From Felis catus (lineage: Eukaryota): a DNA stretch of 64,000 nucleotides. The stretch lies in assembly GCF_018350175.1 (NCBI RefSeq), contig NC_058368.1:227790001-227854000 (forward strand), read 5' to 3'. Of this stretch, positions 23,912 to 36,910 are shown piece after piece (the stretch's first letter is position 1; every line of letters begins with the position of its first letter). A program made the translations under genes and the position numbers. The notes under the pieces were generated by a model. The model saw nothing but the letters and a program-made list of their open reading frames with translations, did no database searches and was not told the DNA's origin.

Positions 23912-26900
23912 TGAACAGTTCTGCACTTGGGCGTCCTGGCCAATCTGGGCCTGGCAGCTCGCTGAGAGCCCAGCACACCTGTTCTCACTGCCATGTTTAA
24001 TAATTTTACGCTGGCGGTGTGTCTCAGTCTCAGCTGTTCAGGAGAGCTGGCCCACCACGAACAGAACGTCTACCCCATTCAGGACTGGGAAGCATATGCA
24101 CTGCCAGTGTTTTCATGTACTTTTCAGTTGATGTCAGCAGTCACCAGGATTCAATTTGGAAGAAAACACCAGGACCAGGCTCTTCTATAATCCTTCACAA
24201 CTTCGTTTTGTTTTGGCTTAAAGTTTGAGAACACTCACTACTAGCCTTTTTAGGGGTTAGGAAAAGAGAGAAAAGGATGCAGAAGAAGGGGGGACAGAGA
24301 GGGGAGCCCTAATTTTATGGGTAAAAAGAGGAAAGATCTAGGTGTTCTGGATTCAGTCAGTGAAAATGATTAAAATGTCTTTGCAATCTGGCAAACATCC
24401 AATTTAGGGAAATCCAGACACCCCAGTCACCCACACACACGATCTAGTGATCATCTGCCTGAGAATCACTCCCAGGACTGGATTAATAAACAGATCGCTT
24501 CAGCCTTCTTTAAAGCACAATCATTGTAACAAACCAATTTTTTATCTCCTTGACTTGACTCAGGATACCACAGAATGTAGGATGCACTAAATGTTTAATA
24601 ACAGCTTTTTATTGGGAGGGGAAAGGAGATGTTAATACATTAAACATCTGTATTGAAAGATGCACAAAGATTTCTGAAAGTTACAGTATCTACAATTACT
24701 CCTCACCTCAGATTCTGATACAGATAGATACTGGGCTCATAATAGCACTGATCACAAATTTTTAGAATAAGTTGTATAAACATTGGAATTCATAGCAATG
24801 ACCCAATTAGAGCCATGAAAGTCTAAACTAGAGGAATCGTGGGTGTAAAAATCCTATGTACTGAACACTGGGAAGAAATGTTAAGTATATGGGCCCAAAG
24901 CAGCTGATAATTTTTAAATCATAATGAAAATCACTGCAGCTTCTACAAATAATTATCACTAATGGTTTTAAATAAATGATCTTTCCCCCTTTGGAATGTC
25001 TGTATTTGTCACTTCACTACACTCATCAACTCATGACCCCTTGGGTGTTTTTGCAATCACACACTCAAAACCCGCAACCCAACAGTCAAAAGAAAATTAC
25101 GATATTTCAAATTACAAAGAAGCTTTATGAAGTAACAATGTTGAATAACCAAAGGCTACAGGGCACAGGCTACACATACAGGCTGTAATGACTCAGTCCT
25201 GGGGTCCGTATACAACCAGTACTGTCTGTGAGCCACTGGGGGCTGGTTCGGCAGAATGGACCCTGCACACGCCCAGCCTGGCACAGGTGCCTGCCTCACT
25301 GAACAGGCTGCCAATGAAAGTAGGCTGCTCACGGGAGGAGTCTGATCTCCAGGTAGGATTCAGAACAGTGAAAATGATTACTGACTAGGGAGACGACAGC
25401 TGATGGGAGAAAAACACGGAAACCACAGGAAAAGCACAGTGGTGTCAAAATGCAGAACGAAAACTGACCCACAAAGGGTCCACTCTCACTCCCACTAACC
25501 TAACTTAAATATTTTCCTGAAACACCAAGAACTTTCCACATACAGTATGTGCTGAAAGCAGCCATGACAGAACAAGTCTTTTACAACAGAAGTTTATTCC
25601 GGGAGCATTTCTAAGATGCTAAGATGCAACCTTTCCTCTAAAATGCACATGTGTTAATCATACGAGAACATAAATATTTAGCACGAGGACTCCCCAAAGC
25701 AATGAATTCCTGAATCATAATAGAGAGCTACCATTAAGCAAATGAAAACCTGTTCCAATACACTGACATCTTATAGTTTTCTCAACATGACAAAAAGCAC
25801 AAGTTCCCAGCCTCAACGACACCGTCAAGTGCCTCTAGTGGATCGGAGGACAGTGAAAGGCCCCTTGCAGAATCGAAGCTCTGTGACCCAAAGACTGGAC
25901 AGAGGCCATGGAGCAGGGGACAGCCCTGCAGCCGCGGGACACAGCACCGCCAGCAGCTGCCGGTTGTGTTTCTGCTGAGGGGACACACACACTGTGTGCA
26001 GTATTCTCTTCAACTCCCAAAACACTGCCACCGCTGCTACAGTGAGCAGCACAACTCTTCTAACAAAAACATCTCAAAATCCCCAAAGGATGAAGTCTGC
26101 GAGGCATGCCATTAGCAACCGGCTGAATTTTTAGCACACATGCAAGCCAGCCATCCGAACAAGCAGCATGCTGTGGGACGACTGCCCGTCTGGCTTAGGA
26201 ACTCTGAAGTCAAGGTCAACGAGAAGTCCTCATTAATAAACCGTAGAGCACAGGGAAAGCTGGAATGAGAACCATGTATTTTTAATTGTAGAATCCTTCT
26301 TTCCTTTACAAGCCATATCCTCTTGCATAATAGTTTTTAAAAACAAATGCATTCAGAGTAAAACAGTCACTGTGTAAGGTGAAGAGTCGGCAGCGTCCCA
26401 TAGGACCCCAGTTCACCAACAAACAAGCTCTAGAGACCCTGAGAGGTGCAGCCAGGAATGGCCACAGCTGTAACTGGGTGTCCTAGTGCCTTCATCAGCG
26501 AACAAGAAAGGGAGATTGTGTTAAGTTCCGCTCCACTCAGGTCTGAAACCGATGCCATCGTGGGGGCGGGGGGATGAGACTGATGGTTCAATAGCTGTGA
26601 TGGATTAAGTTTTTTCTATTTTTAATCATTTAGGGTATCTTTAGGGTTGAGGGTGTTGGGGAGTTTTTTATTCAAATAAAGTAATATGTAACAAGTAATA
26701 CTTTGTTTAAACTAGTAACTTGTAGAGTTGTATTCTTCTGAAAGAGCACATTACATTTTTTAATATGTTGATGTCTTTATAACAGTTTTTCTAAAAAAAG
26801 GCTTCTAAGAACATATTTTTTCATTATTTATACTTACTTGACTTCTACTATTGAAGAAAGGGGAGAGAAAACAATCCTGTTTAAGTCATAATCTGGTTGA

Positions 26901-27277
26901 TGGAGAGGTCAGACAAGTCACACGTCACAAAAATTACCACACATGCACAATTAAGTAGTACAGAACTGCAGGGGCTCAGAGACTGTGCGTCACGGCTTGC
27001 AGTCAAGGGAAATTAAGAAAGTTTCGTTACGACCGCAGCTTATGACTTCTGTCCAAGTCCAGGTGAGAGGGACAAGGAGACTGTCCTGGCTCAGAGCAAG
27101 AGTGTCCCTGAGGACTGATGCCGTGCAGCCAGGCACCAGAGGGAGGAGCATGCCTGCATTTGTCACCCCTGCTCGAGAAGGAGGTAAATGGCAAAGCAGA
27201 GGTTCTCAGCAGTATGTGGTCCCATCGTCCTGATCAGTCCTCTAAGGATCGGGGGAGGGTTAAAAAAATCATCAGAT

Positions 27278-27512
27278 GGGGCACCTGGGTGGCTCAATCG
27301 GTTAAGCGTCCAACTCTTGATTTCGGCTCAGGTCACGATCTTGCCCTTTGTGAAATCTGCACTAACAGTGTGGAGCCTGCTGGGGATTCTCTGTCTCTCT
27401 CTCTGCCCCTCCCTCCCTCCCACTCTCTCTCTCTCTCTCCCTCCCTCCCTCTCTGTGTCTCTCTCAAAATAAATAAACAAACAAACAAACAAACAAACAA
27501 ACTTAAAAAAAA
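27278..27512 (+). mobile_element. Can-SINE with (AAAC)n tail
   Basis: Head, (CT)n, aaataaacaaacaaac tail. TSD aaaaaatcatcaga / aaaaattcatcaga. Confidence 0.92.
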
Positions 27513-30500
27513 TTCATCAGAACTCCAAACTCATACCAAGGGAGCACTTCACCTTTCAGGAGAAATTGAGTAAATTCTTAAATTCTAAGTGAACTTTCCA
27601 ATAGGTAATTTCCTAGGAAGAAAAAAATGTAGAGATCTTGTAAGAGTTAATCAGAGAGAAAAGCACCTGAAGTTCAACACTGTCCTTTTTAATTGGCGCT
27701 ATTTTCTCTCAGACCAAGCTCCTACATGTAAACTTGTCCCTAGTTCTTATACTTCAGTCTTTATCGAAATTAAGGCATAAAATTTACACCATTTAGTCAT
27801 CTCTCTCTTACCAGAAGGGAGACTTTTAGCCATATCTATGGGCAAGTGAGAAGAAATCACATAGTATTTAACAAGCCAATCACTTCTAAAACATGACTGA
27901 CTGCTCACTTTTAAAATGTCACTGTTCCATCCAAGCTCCACAACAGCTTCTATCAGATGTATGTCGGTTCCAAAGTTGAAGCATCTCCATCAGGCAATCC
28001 AGGGACCGCTCATAAAATCCAGGGGACCAAAGTGCTGTTCTGGTCGAGGCTAGTATCGGCAAAAGTCAAAGGGGGCCATCTGGTAGAACGTGCACCACGT
28101 CTCACAGAGCCGGAGGCAGAGCGCCGGGGACACAGCAAACAGCAGGTGCCTACACATTTCACTGATGGCCCTTTTCCCTGGAGCTTGCCAGCAGGCACCC
28201 CAATAGCAAGGCAGAGGAGTCCCATTCTCAGATCTGCAGACCACACAGCTCAGAGAAATTACTGCTGTGTCGGGAGGAAAAGAATACATACTATCCAGCG
28301 ATCTGAACTGGAATAACTGAAGTAAAAAGATGAAATTCAGTGACATGTGTGGAGTTACATTTACATTCAAAATACTAGTTTCTTTAAATACAAAGTCGGG
28401 AAGGAACCTGGGTGAAAGGAAAGGAGATGAAGAGAGAAAACCCACCAGGCATTCCGGAGAGTTCCATGAGCCGGAGCTCCAACAGGAACCGGTCGGAGCA
28501 GTGCGTACTCTGCAAGGTTCACAAAGGTCAGACCTGGGATCCTGTGACCCACATCGGTGCAAAGTGTGGAAGCTACTGGGGAACAGAGGGAACAGAGGGA
28601 AGGTGTGGATGCTTAAACAAAGAGCATGAGGCCAGGAGGGTCCTGGTCGCCACCTTCACGTACTTGAAAGGCTCAGCAGACAAGAGCTCTTGCAGTTCTG
28701 AACGTTTGGGCACCATCGGCCACAACAGCGAACAAGTGAAGCTTCAGGGAACGAGATTTCAACTCCTAAAGAGTGCTGAGATGTAGGACAAGAGGGACGA
28801 GAGAGTAAAAATACAGGACGCGGTGAGCAAACCTAACAGCTTCTGCTTCTCTTCAGGAATGTCTTCCCTCTCAGGCTGGAGGCAGTCCTCTGGCCCGTGT
28901 GGTTCCTAACACTGCGCTCTGAGCCTCGGGCCTGCAAAAGGCATGAGGCTGCCTCACTTCACTGCCACCTTTGCTCGGGGCTCAAGAAACCCGCTCTGGA
29001 CACTGCCCGCGACAGAGAACGAGCCGAGCATCTCCATCCACCCCTGTGGCCCCTGTGGCCACAGGAAGCCTCCCAAGGCCACTCTTCCTGAAAAGCCGCC
29101 TCACACGTTAACCTTTAAACTGTATGACTGTCATGAGCCCTCAAAAATTGTTAAGGATACAAGTGGAAAGAGAAAAACATGGCATTTTTTTTTTTGAAAA
29201 CGAAGCCAAAATCGGGCAAATTTCCCTAAAAGGTTGTAATTACAAAAATGTACGCACAGTGCAAAGGTCACAAACCAAAATACCTTTCTGGCAAAACTGG
29301 ACACCACTCGTATCTATCAGGAAGAAGGGAAACCCCAAGGAAGACTTCCACCTTCGGTGTTCCCAGGACATCTGTGCCGGGGAGGGAGTCTCTCAAACCT
29401 GCCCTGTGTCCCCGACGCAAGCTCGCTCTGGCCCCCCTCGCGCGAGGCCACACAACGCGGGTGACCGTGATGTCCCTGACAAAGGAACCCCGTCGGCTAC
29501 GGTATGTCCCCACAGGTGCACCCCTACCTCCAGCGATCGCACATTCCAGCCAGTTCGTGCAGGAAGGGCGCTCAGCCCCAGGGCCAGGCGCAGAAGGGCC
29601 GGGTGCTGGGAAACTGCAGGCCCATTCGAGCTGGGGAGGGCTCCGCCATGCCAGCAGCGGCCTTGTTTCCACCCACCAGCCCTGAGCCACGGCCCCCCTC
29701 CGACTCTGTCTGCTCGGCACTCAGAACCTTCTCCTCCCCGGGCCGCCTTACCCAGGCGGGAACCTCCACGTACGCATCCTCTGTGCCAGACAGCCCCTCG
29801 GTCAGACCTCTTCAGACACGTTCCCGCCCACGTGCAGGAAGAAACACTAACATTTGAGGAAGACGCCACAGTGGCAGGAAGAGAACACGAGAAGCTTCCG
29901 AGTGAGGCCAGTTCTAGATCCCATCCCCGCTTGCCTCGTGACCTTGGGTACAGGAAGTGGGTTGATGTCTCTGAGCCTCAGTTTATAGGCTTCTCCTCAA
30001 TACAATGACAAGAACAACAGTATCCACACAGGAGGGGCAAGATGGGGGGGGGGGGGGGGGCAAGGGACGGAACACATAAAAGGCTCACTCAGGGGCTCCG
30101 CACAGAGGTAAAAGCAGATGTGGAACCTCGTTTTTCACCCTACAGGGAGCACATGCTCCGTAGACAGCAGTTCCCACGCTACCATGCCTTGCCCTGCGGA
30201 GCCACAACCCGACGCTCTCCCCTCGGACTTCCCGTTCTTTGCACCCTGCCCAGTTACTGCTCCTGCCATCTATCCACTCAGACTCTGGGCTGAAAGCCTC
30301 GGCCCGTGAAGACTCCTGACGTTGGTGTGAAGCAAGGTGCGGCAGAAGGAGCTAGCGTAGTCCCAGCGTGCCGCAAAACGGCCCTCGAGAACGGATTTCT
30401 GCCCACTGCGGACATGGGCCCCACGCGAGTGGTCCCACGCGCCATCGCAAGGACCACCTGGCCCAGAAACTCTCCTCGCCCGATCACAGACCTGCCCACA

Positions 30501-33500
30501 CCCTTCTTCACAAGCTGGCGCGAGGCTCACTGTAGATGCTCGGCCTGGCTGATCGCAGGATGGCTGTGGGGTGCTGGCGACAGTAAACGGGGACGGGTAA
30601 TTGGCTCCCAGGCTCGCCCACGTTAGACTGATGCGCCCCGCTGTCCCGCAGCGTCCACAAAGAACGGACTGGCACCCCACCTCCAGTTCCGACGAACACC
30701 CAAACCCTTAGAAGCACTAACACAATCTCAACCGGGCCAATAACGGAGCGGTCTCCTGTTGGGTGTCCTCTCAGGCATCAGAAGGCATCTAAAAACAATC
30801 TGGTATCTGTAGAAAATACCAACATTCATTCTATGCCCCTTAATGAACACGCCTTTCTTATTTCTTAGGAAAAGTCTGTCATGTTAGCTACACGTGCTGC
30901 CAACGGTAAGAGGTTGAGACACAACAGAAGAATCAAACCAAAAAACGCATCGTCATGTTCCACTGATTTTGTTTTATAATCCATATGATGGAACCAAGGA
31001 AAACTCCAAAAGTAAATGTGTATCGACACCATTTTCTTGCATGTCTTTTATACCTTAGTTTTTTTCTGGAAAATTTTACTGGACAAAATTAAATATTTTA
31101 GCATATGTAGAAAAATAAGCCAACTCAAATAGATTTTAGAAGAAAATTAAAACTACCTGGATTCTCATACTCAAAGATAAGACAGCTCTAACATGTCCTA
31201 CTTCTGAGATTTTTTTTCTTAAAGCTAAAAATGAGATTCTTACAAAAGTCCAATTTAGGTGTTTTTTTGTTTTGCTTTGTTTTGTTTAAGCAAGCCTTAT
31301 TTATTTAGGTAAAAACATGGATAGTTTCCATGTAACTCAATACTCTTAGCACAGTTAAAGAAAACAGAGTGGTAAACTCGGTTACCCTCTTTTGCCCCAT
31401 TCCCTTCAAAATAATCTTTTTTTAATCCAATGAGAATAGAAAGCTCCAGGCAGTATGTAATGATCAGTTTGGAAATTCAGGCCACACAGACTGAAAATAT
31501 CAGCATGTAACCAGCTTTTTATCTAGGTTATTTCAAGAGGCTGCACCAGAAAACTAGGGACTATAATGTACAGGCTTGACTATACCTATATTCCAGTTAA
31601 TGGTTACTTTACCCAACATACCTTCCAAAACCATATACAATATGTACAAAATTTCAGAATGTAAGGAAAAGATATGTTTTAACACATATTACTTCTGATT
31701 TATCTTAATGCTTATACTACTGAAGAATTCTGAAGGCAAAAAAAGTAGAATGAATACGTTCTTACTTTAAGGTGGTTAAAAATGCATTTCACCTAGCATT
31801 ACAGAACAATTAAGACCAAATACAGAACAATTCCTCTAATGTTCAGTGAAGCAGTTGTGGGGGGTTCTACTCAGGGAATCTAGCTGCTAAACAGGATTTT
31901 ACCCCCATTCTGGGACACCAGACCCATTGGGGGGGGGGGGGCGGGGATGTCGAGGCAGGCAGGCCAGGAGAGGGGGAGCGGACTCTGACCAAAATAAGTT
32001 GGCTCATTCAAAACAGGAACGCAGTTAAAAAGCCTTTTTCACCACCCTTCTTCTGTGATTAGGGAGGGAGAGGGCAGCACAAAGCCCCCCTTCTGAGTTC
32101 AAGGAAAGAAGGGTAGGATGCACGCCAGGTCCCCCAGTGTTGACAAATCCTGATTCACTGCTCAAGTCACACTTAGCTCACACATAAAATGCGCAATTCA
32201 ACCACTCAAGGAGGGGGTAGGGGGGCTCTCTGAATGTACTCTAGGTCTGTTTTTAAACAGACCACTATTGACAGAAGCTCTGACTCAGCATCATCTCTTC
32301 TGACTACTCCTCTCGGCCAATTGTCAATGCCTTTATGTGTCCAATACTGAATTAAATGTCATTTTATTCAAGTTAGGAATGAGCCATGAAACACTCATCA
32401 TTGGGAATCACGAATATCTTAGCATGCCTCTCGCCCTCTGTGTACAGAAATTATAAAACTGTGGTCACTGAGTTGAGTGAGCACATATCCAGGGTCCACA
32501 GGGACGGTTCCAGTTACACCCATTGTTCTAGAATAATTATCAGGAACACTGCCTTTCACTCTCCAAAGCATCTCTGTTTGGAACACAGGGTCAGCCTAAC
32601 AATAAAAAACGTCTAGCTAAGAAAGCACCAACATTTGACAACACCTGTCACCTTTGAAACATCAAGCAGGGTCGTGGGGGCTCACCACGGAGCACAAGGT
32701 GTTCCAACCACCCAGGGCTTCTCCAGTTGAATTCAGCAATAACTGCAACAGTCAGCTTGAACTTTGTTCACTTTCTCTTCGCCGTGAAGTGGCAGCATCG
32801 CTGTGCCACCTGCAATGACCCCCCTTTTTATCTCTGGCTTTCTCTGCTGCGTGGTCCTTAGCACCTCGCACACAGCTCTCTCACTGCTTCTGCTTGGTAA
32901 ACACACAGCACTGCAGGCCAAGCGAAAGCTGCCCTGAAAGAGGCAGTTTTAGGGAACAACAGTTAAAAGAAGCAGGGAAATAAAGAATTACTTCATCAAC
33001 TAGGAAAATCATTGGTAAGAGTATTTGTAAACCAATGAAAATAAAAATAAGCCACACAAAACACAGAGTAACCTCTAATAGTAAATGGTAAATAACATAA
33101 TATAAATAAAATGGAAAAGTAGACAACATCGATAAAATCCTTGCGGTGGTTCAGAAACGGAGCCCAGCTGTGGGGGAGCCAGGGCTGACTTGGGTTTTGT
33201 GTTGCATCTGCCATAATGGGCCTGGGGAGCTTCCAGGGAAAGTCTTATATTTCCATACAGACGCAAAGCAGCTCCTCCTTCCCGCAGCCAAAATACTCAG
33301 TGATGACAAAGCACAATCAGGAGGAAGGACTCCTGCGTGCCTGACCCCAGCAAAGCCGCTGAGGGGAGGAGGCCTCTCCCCACACAGGGGAGCAATCCTG
33401 CTCTCCAGGGCGTCCTGGGTCCCCGCCAGGAGAGGGAAGCCAGTTAGTCAGGCAGTCTTTCCCTTCTTTCTTTCTTTCTTCCGGTCTCTCCCTCTCCTGC

Positions 33501-33834
33501 TCCATTAGCTGTGCTTCCCCTTTTACTTTTTAATTTTCCATTTGCTAGTCAACCAGAGGCAGCACGCTTAATAGTGTCAGAATCCTGGCCTGCTCAAATC
33601 TCCAGGTTCTGGGCAGGAGGTCCAGCAAGGAAGGTGCAATGATAGTGTGTGCTTATTTCAGGCCAATCAGACACCAAGAAGTAACACGAAATTCACACAA
33701 ATGCCAGAAATGTATGGCATTAAAAAGATCTGTTTTTCACAATAAAAATGTCATTTAAAAGGTACCCACTCATATCCCAGTTATTATCAGAAATTAAAAT
33801 GTGGTGACTACACTCTTCATAGTAATCTCCAAGT

Positions 33835-33914
33835 AATGTACAGAATTAAGGCACTATACTGTGCATCTGAAAGTACTATAACACCGTGTGTCAACTACAC
33901 TTCAATTTAAAAAA
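33835..33914 (+). mobile_element. L1 extreme 3' end
   Basis: 'aatgtacagaatt...cactatactgtgcatctgaaagtactataacaccgtgtgtcaactacacttcaatttaaaaaa' resembles an L1MA/L1_Carn terminus with poly-A. Confidence 0.7.
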
Positions 33915-33924
33915 GAAAATGACA

Positions 33925-34090
33925 GGGGCACCTGGGTGGCTTCCAACTCCAGCTCAGGTCATGATCTTGAGCCTTGCATTGGGCTCACTGCTGTCAGCAC
34001 AGAGCCCGCTTGGGATCCTCTGTGCCCTTCTCTCTCTGCCCCACCCTCTGCCCCCCTTTAAAAAAATTTTTTTTTTAATTTAAAAAAAAA
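33925..34090 (+). mobile_element. Can-SINE (deleted); tail expanded into a microsatellite
   Basis: GGGGCACCTGGGTGGCT head, 'gctcaggtcatgatc', 'ctgtcagcacagagccc'. Confidence 0.88.
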
Positions 34091-34215
34091 GGAAGGAAGG
34101 AAGGAAGGAAGGAAGGAAGGAAGGAAGGAAGGAAGGAAGGAAGGAAGGAAGGGAAAGAAAGGAAGGAAGGAAGGAAGGAAGGAAGGAAGGAAGGAAGGAA
34201 GGAAGGAAGGAAGGA

Positions 34216-34291
<76 letters not shown>

Positions 34292-34292
34292 A
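34091..34292. repeat. Compound tetranucleotide microsatellite (GGAA)n(GAAA)n
   Basis: About 200 bp of pure purine repeat read directly. Confidence 0.98.
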
Positions 34293-34301
34293 TAAATGAC
34301 A

Positions 34302-34531
34302 GGGCCACCTGAGTGGCTCAGTCGCTTAAGCATCCAGTTAAGCGTTGGACTTTGGCTCAGGTCATGACCTCACAGTTCATGAGTTCAAGCCCTGTGTTGG
34401 GTTCTGCACAGACAGCTCAGAGCCTGCAGCCTGCTTCAGATTCTGTGTCTCCCTCTCTCTCTGCCCCTCTGCCTCTCGCTCTCTCTCTCTCCCTCTCTCT
34501 AACATTCAAAACAATTAAAAAAAAAAAAAAA
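34302..34531 (+). mobile_element. Can-SINE
   Basis: gggccacctgagtggctcagtc head, (CT)n, poly-A. Confidence 0.92.
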
Positions 34532-34826
34532 GAAAATGACATTTACAAAAAGATTAAAATGGGACCTTTAAACTTTGAGACCTTGAAACCTGTGAAATAC
34601 AAGCCACTGAAAACAAAACGTAAACATGGCAACTTATTTATGAAAGCTGTTTCCAACATGCAAATGAATTCCAGAATAAATCCTCTGCCCCACAGCTCTC
34701 TCAAACTCCAGGGCACAGTCCTGATACAGAAAGTGGTGTGCACAAACAAAGTATCCTGAATGGGCTGTTTGTGCCTATCTAAAAATAGTCTTGTGAGAAC
34801 TAAAATATTTTAAAGCTTTTATTTTT

Positions 34827-35035
34827 TTTTTCCAACGTTTATTTATTTTTGGGACAGAGAGAGACAGAGCATGAACGGGGGAGGGGCAGAGAGAGAGGGA
34901 GACACAGAATCGGAAACAGGCTCCAGGCTCTGAGCCATCAGCCCAGAGCCTGACGCGGGGCTCGAACTCACGGACCGCGAGATCGTGACCTGGCTGAAGT
35001 CGGACGCTTAACCGACTGCGCCACCCAGGCGCCCC
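34827..35035 (-). mobile_element. Young SINEC_Fc-type Can-SINE nested in the tail of an older SINE (about 35036-35102)
   Basis: Near-consensus with CpGs retained. Perfect 16-bp TSD taaagcttttattttt at 34811-34826 and 35036-35051. Confidence 0.95.
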
Positions 35036-35698
35036 TAAAGCTTTTATTTTTAAGTAATCTCTGCACCCAACGTGGGGCTTGAACTCACAACCTCGAGATC
35101 AATCCCGGCTTATTTGGAATTAAGTAAAAAAATGTTATTTTTGAAAGGTTCAACATACCTAAATTTTAAAGCCTTCTGTAAAAGCATGAATGGAAATTTT
35201 TAAGCCCTATTTTATAACAAGTTGTAGTTCTAAATAGGAGCTATGCTTGATATTCATTATCCCAAAATGCATTAACTTCCCGGTGTTCTTCACCATCAGT
35301 ATTTCTGATGCAAACAGAGACACTTTTACTGTAACATGACATTCTGTGAACTTTTTCTTTCATAAGCTTTGTCTCCCCCAACCCAGCACACAGTGGTCTA
35401 AGTATCCTTTACATTTCCATGACTCTCATAAATTATGCTGAGCTCATACTAAATGGACTGACAGCACACTACATGAGACAGGCTACGTTATCATTCTGAG
35501 GGAGTTTACAAAATATTCATGTAACTTTCAGTGTGATAAAATTAGTTCACTTAAAACTATTTAAGGGAACTTTCATCATACCTAATCTTGAGACACGCAG
35601 GCTTGTAAAACATATCTTGCTTCCATACTTTGATGTCCTGTTTCAAGATCTAGTTTTATCCTGGCATCATCTCTAAACTTTAACACTGTAATAATCTA

Positions 35699-35820
35699 GG
35701 GCACCTGGCTGGCTCAGTCAGTGGAGCGTGTGGGTCTTGATTTCGGGGTCGTGAGTTCAAGCCCCGTGTGAACATGGAGCCACTTAAAAAAATAAAATAA
35801 AACAAAGGTCGAAAAAGAAA
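35699..35820 (+). mobile_element. Short old Can-SINE
   Basis: gggcacctggctggctcagtcagtggagc head. TSD actgtaataatcta / actataataatcta. Confidence 0.88.
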
Positions 35821-36099
35821 TACTATAATAATCTAAAATCTTCAGCTCCAAAGAATCCGATTTATGTAAAAGACAAACAAGAAATGGAATCCATTACTAG
35901 CCCTTAAAAGATCAAAGGAACTAAGAATTGTGGAAAGGGAGAAAGGACTTCTAAGAATAGGGAAAATTGGAAGGAAATTGGAAAACCCTTTCTAGAAAAC
36001 ATCTGGATCCTGACAGCCATAAAGAGAAAACAGCAGTCTCAATTCTAGCTAGCAATTTTTAGGAGTACTGTATTTCTAACTTAATGGATCTCTTCTCAG

Positions 36100-36450
36100 A
36101 ATAGTGTTTTCAAACGCACAAAATATAGAAACTTACACAGAAAACCCATTTTTAAAGTTATCAAAAGAGTTTAAAGTATTATGTTTCTTTACATTAAGTA
36201 AAAAGATCTAGCAGTCTAGTAACTACTGTTAATTTTGAAGTAGTGATTAGCATGAACAATACTTTGAGAGACATTGTAACTGTAACAATTTGAAACCATC
36301 TGTGATATCCCTTGGAGACACATCACAGGCACTGCTAAAACTACCACATGACATTCACAGTAGAAGGAAATACTGTATTTAGCTGGAGAGCTGTGAAAAT
36401 AAAGATGGAATTAATTTCTTTCCCATCCAAGTTCATGGGTCTCCAGACCG
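36100..36450. mobile_element. hAT DNA transposon relic (Charlie1-like)
   Basis: 'aaagatctagcagtctagtaactactgttaattttgaagtagtgattagcat...gtgaaaataaagatggaattaatttctttcccatccaagttcatgg' resembles the recalled Charlie1 terminal region. Confidence 0.65.
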
Positions 36451-36519
36451 CTCCTACTCTAGACACTTTGTTACTTATTTGGCTTTCTGTCTCCAGACAG
36501 TCACCCAAGAACAAGTTCT

Positions 36520-36910
36520 TACCCAGGGGACCACATACTCCATAGCAGAAATCTTCTCTCTGGCAAGGACTCGGGTGGCAGGCCTGTGTGTGTCCCTGAC
36601 TGTAGCTGACCAACTGCTTAGAGCTGCCGGTCAATCTCTCCAGGCACTATGGAAGTGAGGGTGAAGTTGGCTGGGTAGGTAGACAGACAGACAGACAGAA
36701 AGTAGGCCCAGGGAGAAATGGGAAACAGAGACAAACTAGAGAAGCTGTTTCCGAGCTGGCCAGCTCCCACCCACTACCAGCTGTTCCTGGGGGGAAGGTG
36801 AGGCCATCCATACCCCCTCCCTCCCTCAGGTTAACTGGGGGCTCCCATATACTTATGATAAATTCATTCCCCTTTTGCTCCAGCAACCAAAAGAGCCTTA
36901 ACTGAGTCAG
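36520..36910 (+). mobile_element. Old LTR relic (LTR16/ERVL-like)
   Basis: Ends 'gataaattcattccccttttgctccagcaaccaaaagagccttaactgagtca', an LTR-like terminus; family uncertain. Confidence 0.45.

Noticed and set aside
29124..30008. 294-aa ORF, the longest in the window
   Set aside because: No recognisable homology, overlapped by similarly long ORFs in other frames, and it ends in a MIR-like remnant.
34058..34333. FLSF/LPSF repeat ORFs
   Set aside because: Translation of the microsatellite.
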